Below are positions 34,484 to 36,932 of a stretch of DNA of 36,932 nucleotides, piece after piece. Below the pieces are notes generated by a model. The model did no database searches. It worked only from the letters and a program-made list of their open reading frames with translations, and was not told the origin of the DNA. The position numbers and the translations under genes are program-made. How positions within the stretch are numbered: position 1 is the first letter of the stretch; the number at the start of each line of letters is the position of its first letter. The stretch comes from Promethearchaeota archaeon (GTDB lineage Archaea; Asgardarchaeota; Hermodarchaeia; Hermodarchaeales; Hermodarchaeaceae), in NCBI GenBank assembly GCA_048939625.1, contig JBHLPH010000018.1, forward strand, positions 1 to 36,932, read 5' to 3'.

Positions 34484-36316
34484 GTGAAACATCGCGATTC
34501 TTGGTATGTGCGATTCCGAACTAGCTTCAGTCACCAGTTACGGAAACGAAAATTAGATGTTAGTACAAAACGTTTGATTCGTTTGAACATATTGGGTATT
34601 ATAATCGGTTTGGTTGCAGGGTTAGGAGCGGTTGGCTTTCGTTATCTAATTGAAATCATGATCTTTTTATTTGATATTGTGGGCCAAATCGGCCTCTTTG
34701 TTGGTACGCTCTGGCTTCCGATTGGATTGGCTATAATGCCGATACTCGGTGGATTGATAGTCGGGTTTCTTACAACAAAATTTGCACCTGAAGCCGAAGG
34801 ACATGGCGTCCCAGAAATTATGACTGCAATTGCGCTCAATCAGGGCAAAATCCGTCCGCGAGTCCCACTTATCAAAGCAATTGCCTCTGGATTTACCATT
34901 GGGTCTGGGGGAAGTGCTGGTGCGGAAGGCCCCATTGGGCAAATTGGTGCTGGTGTCGGATCAAGCATTGGTCAAGTATTGAACCTGAGTGAACCGGAAT
35001 TACGTGTATTGACTGTTTGTGGGGTTTCCGCAGGTATTGCAGCAATCTTTAATGCCCCCATTGGTGGCGCACTATTCGGTTTGGAGGTGGTGTTGATTGG
35101 TATCGAAGCCATTGCCGTCATTCCAGTGTTGTTATCGACAGTTGTCGGTACCTCAGTGGCGTCATGGTTTTTCGGGCTTGATCCCTGGTTTACTGTCCCT
35201 CAATATTTTGTTCCCTATAGCTGGGAGTTGCTGCTCTTCATAGTCCTTGGATTACTATTAGGATTATTTAGCATCATTTGGGTGAAATTTCTCTATTCAA
35301 CAGAAATATTCTTTCAACGAATCCGAATTCCCCGAATGCTCAAACCAGCATTGGGTGGCCTCGTTGTGGGATTGATTATCATGTGGTTTCCACAAGTAGC
35401 CAGAGTAGGTTACGAATGGATAGAATACGCCGCGTTGGGATTTCTGGCACTAGGACCATTAGTCCTATTAATGGTGATGAAGCTCTTTAGTACTTCAGGA
35501 ACCATTGGCGCGGGGGGATCCGGCGGTGTATTTGCTCCCTCGCTGTACATGGGCGCCATGGGAGGAGGCGCCATTGGCACCATCTTTTACATCATGAACC
35601 CGGGAATGGTGACCGTACCCATGGCCTTTGCAGTAGTAGGAATGGGCGCACTATTTGCTGGTGCAGCACGCGCTCCCTTGACATGCATTATCATGATAGC
35701 AGAAATGACACGGGATTACCTGCTCTTAGTCCCATTGATGGCCGCGTGTGCCACAAGCTATTTCATCAATCTCTTGTTCTCGCGTAATTCCATCTACACC
35801 GAAAAATTAGCAGCAAAGGGTGTTCGTCTGAAACATCAACTGATCGCTGACATCATTGACACCATCAGCGTTGATCAAATTATGCGCACACACGACATCA
35901 TCGTCGCCCGTCCCCATATGTATGCCTTCCAAATCATGGAACTCGCTGACCAAACCCATCACAGCACCCTCCCCGTTGTCGAGGGTGATCAATTGATTGG
36001 ACTCGTCACCTTCCGCCGCGCATATAAAAGCCTACGCGACGATTTGCCACCTGAAGAAACCACCGTAGCTCGTCTAATGGTTTCTGCTCCTACCGTCTAC
36101 CCTGACGACTCTGCCCATACAGCACTTGACAGGATGATTGAATCCGGAGAGAGTATCGTCTGCGTCGTCGATCGGATGGATCCGCACCGATTTCTTGGAA
36201 TAATCTCTCACGGTGACATTCTCCAAGCCCACAACGTCGAATGGATTCAACGACAAACCCTCGGACCCGAACAACCCCAACTGCTTCCCGCGAAACCCAA
36301 CGAACCAGGACACTAA
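34484..36316 (+). CDS. ClC-family chloride channel/transporter with CBS pair
   Basis: GHGVPE, GAEGP, FNAPIGG, GGVFAP, EMT.DY, SIYT; two CBS domains. Frame is open upstream to 34349. Confidence 0.95.
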   Translation: MKHRDSWYVRFRTSFSHQLRKRKLDVSTKRLIRLNILGIIIGLVAGLGAVGFRYLIEIMIFLFDIVGQIGLFVGTLWLPIGLAIMPILGGLIVGFLTTKFAPEAEGHGVPEIMTAIALNQGKIRPRVPLIKAIASGFTIGSGGSAGAEGPIGQIGAGVGSSIGQVLNLSEPELRVLTVCGVSAGIAAIFNAPIGGALFGLEVVLIGIEAIAVIPVLLSTVVGTSVASWFFGLDPWFTVPQYFVPYSWELLLFIVLGLLLGLFSIIWVKFLYSTEIFFQRIRIPRMLKPALGGLVVGLIIMWFPQVARVGYEWIEYAALGFLALGPLVLLMVMKLFSTSGTIGAGGSGGVFAPSLYMGAMGGGAIGTIFYIMNPGMVTVPMAFAVVGMGALFAGAARAPLTCIIMIAEMTRDYLLLVPLMAACATSYFINLLFSRNSIYTEKLAAKGVRLKHQLIADIIDTISVDQIMRTHDIIVARPHMYAFQIMELADQTHHSTLPVVEGDQLIGLVTFRRAYKSLRDDLPPEETTVARLMVSAPTVYPDDSAHTALDRMIESGESIVCVVDRMDPHRFLGIISHGDILQAHNVEWIQRQTLGPEQPQLLPAKPNEPGH

Positions 36317-36564
36317 CCTGCATTCAGGAACGATTGCCTGCTTTCTTCTCAATCATTATCCATATACGGATTTCCAAAGAAACGTACTAAAAAAGCGTCA
36401 TCACAGTGTGGAACAGCCTTGAAGTCGAATTTGACCTTCTACTTGCTAGCGTTATCAGAAATGCTCTATTTAATGTATAGTAAATGAAAGAAAAAGTGGT
36501 GGTCGTATACCCTGAGGACAATATCGCTCCAGAACCAGCGCTTATGGTTCCTTTCGAAACCAGC

Positions 36565-36932
<368 letters not shown>

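Overview
This is an archaeal chromosomal window, most likely from an Asgard archaeon (inference). The evidence is an archaeal-type 23S rRNA 3' end with an enlarged helix-98/ES39 region, a Rab-like small GTPase, an IPGF-TM-basic sorting signal and GGTGA-type ribosome-binding sites. It holds about 35 CDSs. Six are C-terminally anchored surface proteins: a GIFT-like protein, a 7-blade propeller, a large Ig-containing protein, DJ-1/PfpI, an Asp-box propeller and a serine hydrolase. The rest include stress and redox genes (Csp, DinB, WrbA, PDO, TrxR), two radical SAM enzymes (one with a LAGLIDADG intein inside its CxxxCxxC motif), an ATP-grasp/HAD fusion with a deacetylase, an ATP-cone nuclease and a ClC-CBS protein. 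The most unexplained element lies at 28240-28870: a 37-codon ORF followed by four long RNA hairpins, transcribed divergently from a wHTH regulator across helically phased TGTCA boxes. Other notable signals are two possible ACG start codons, a structured csp leader, a variant sarcin-ricin loop and recurring hairpin-spacer-U terminators. All family calls come from motif recognition by eye; no searches were run.
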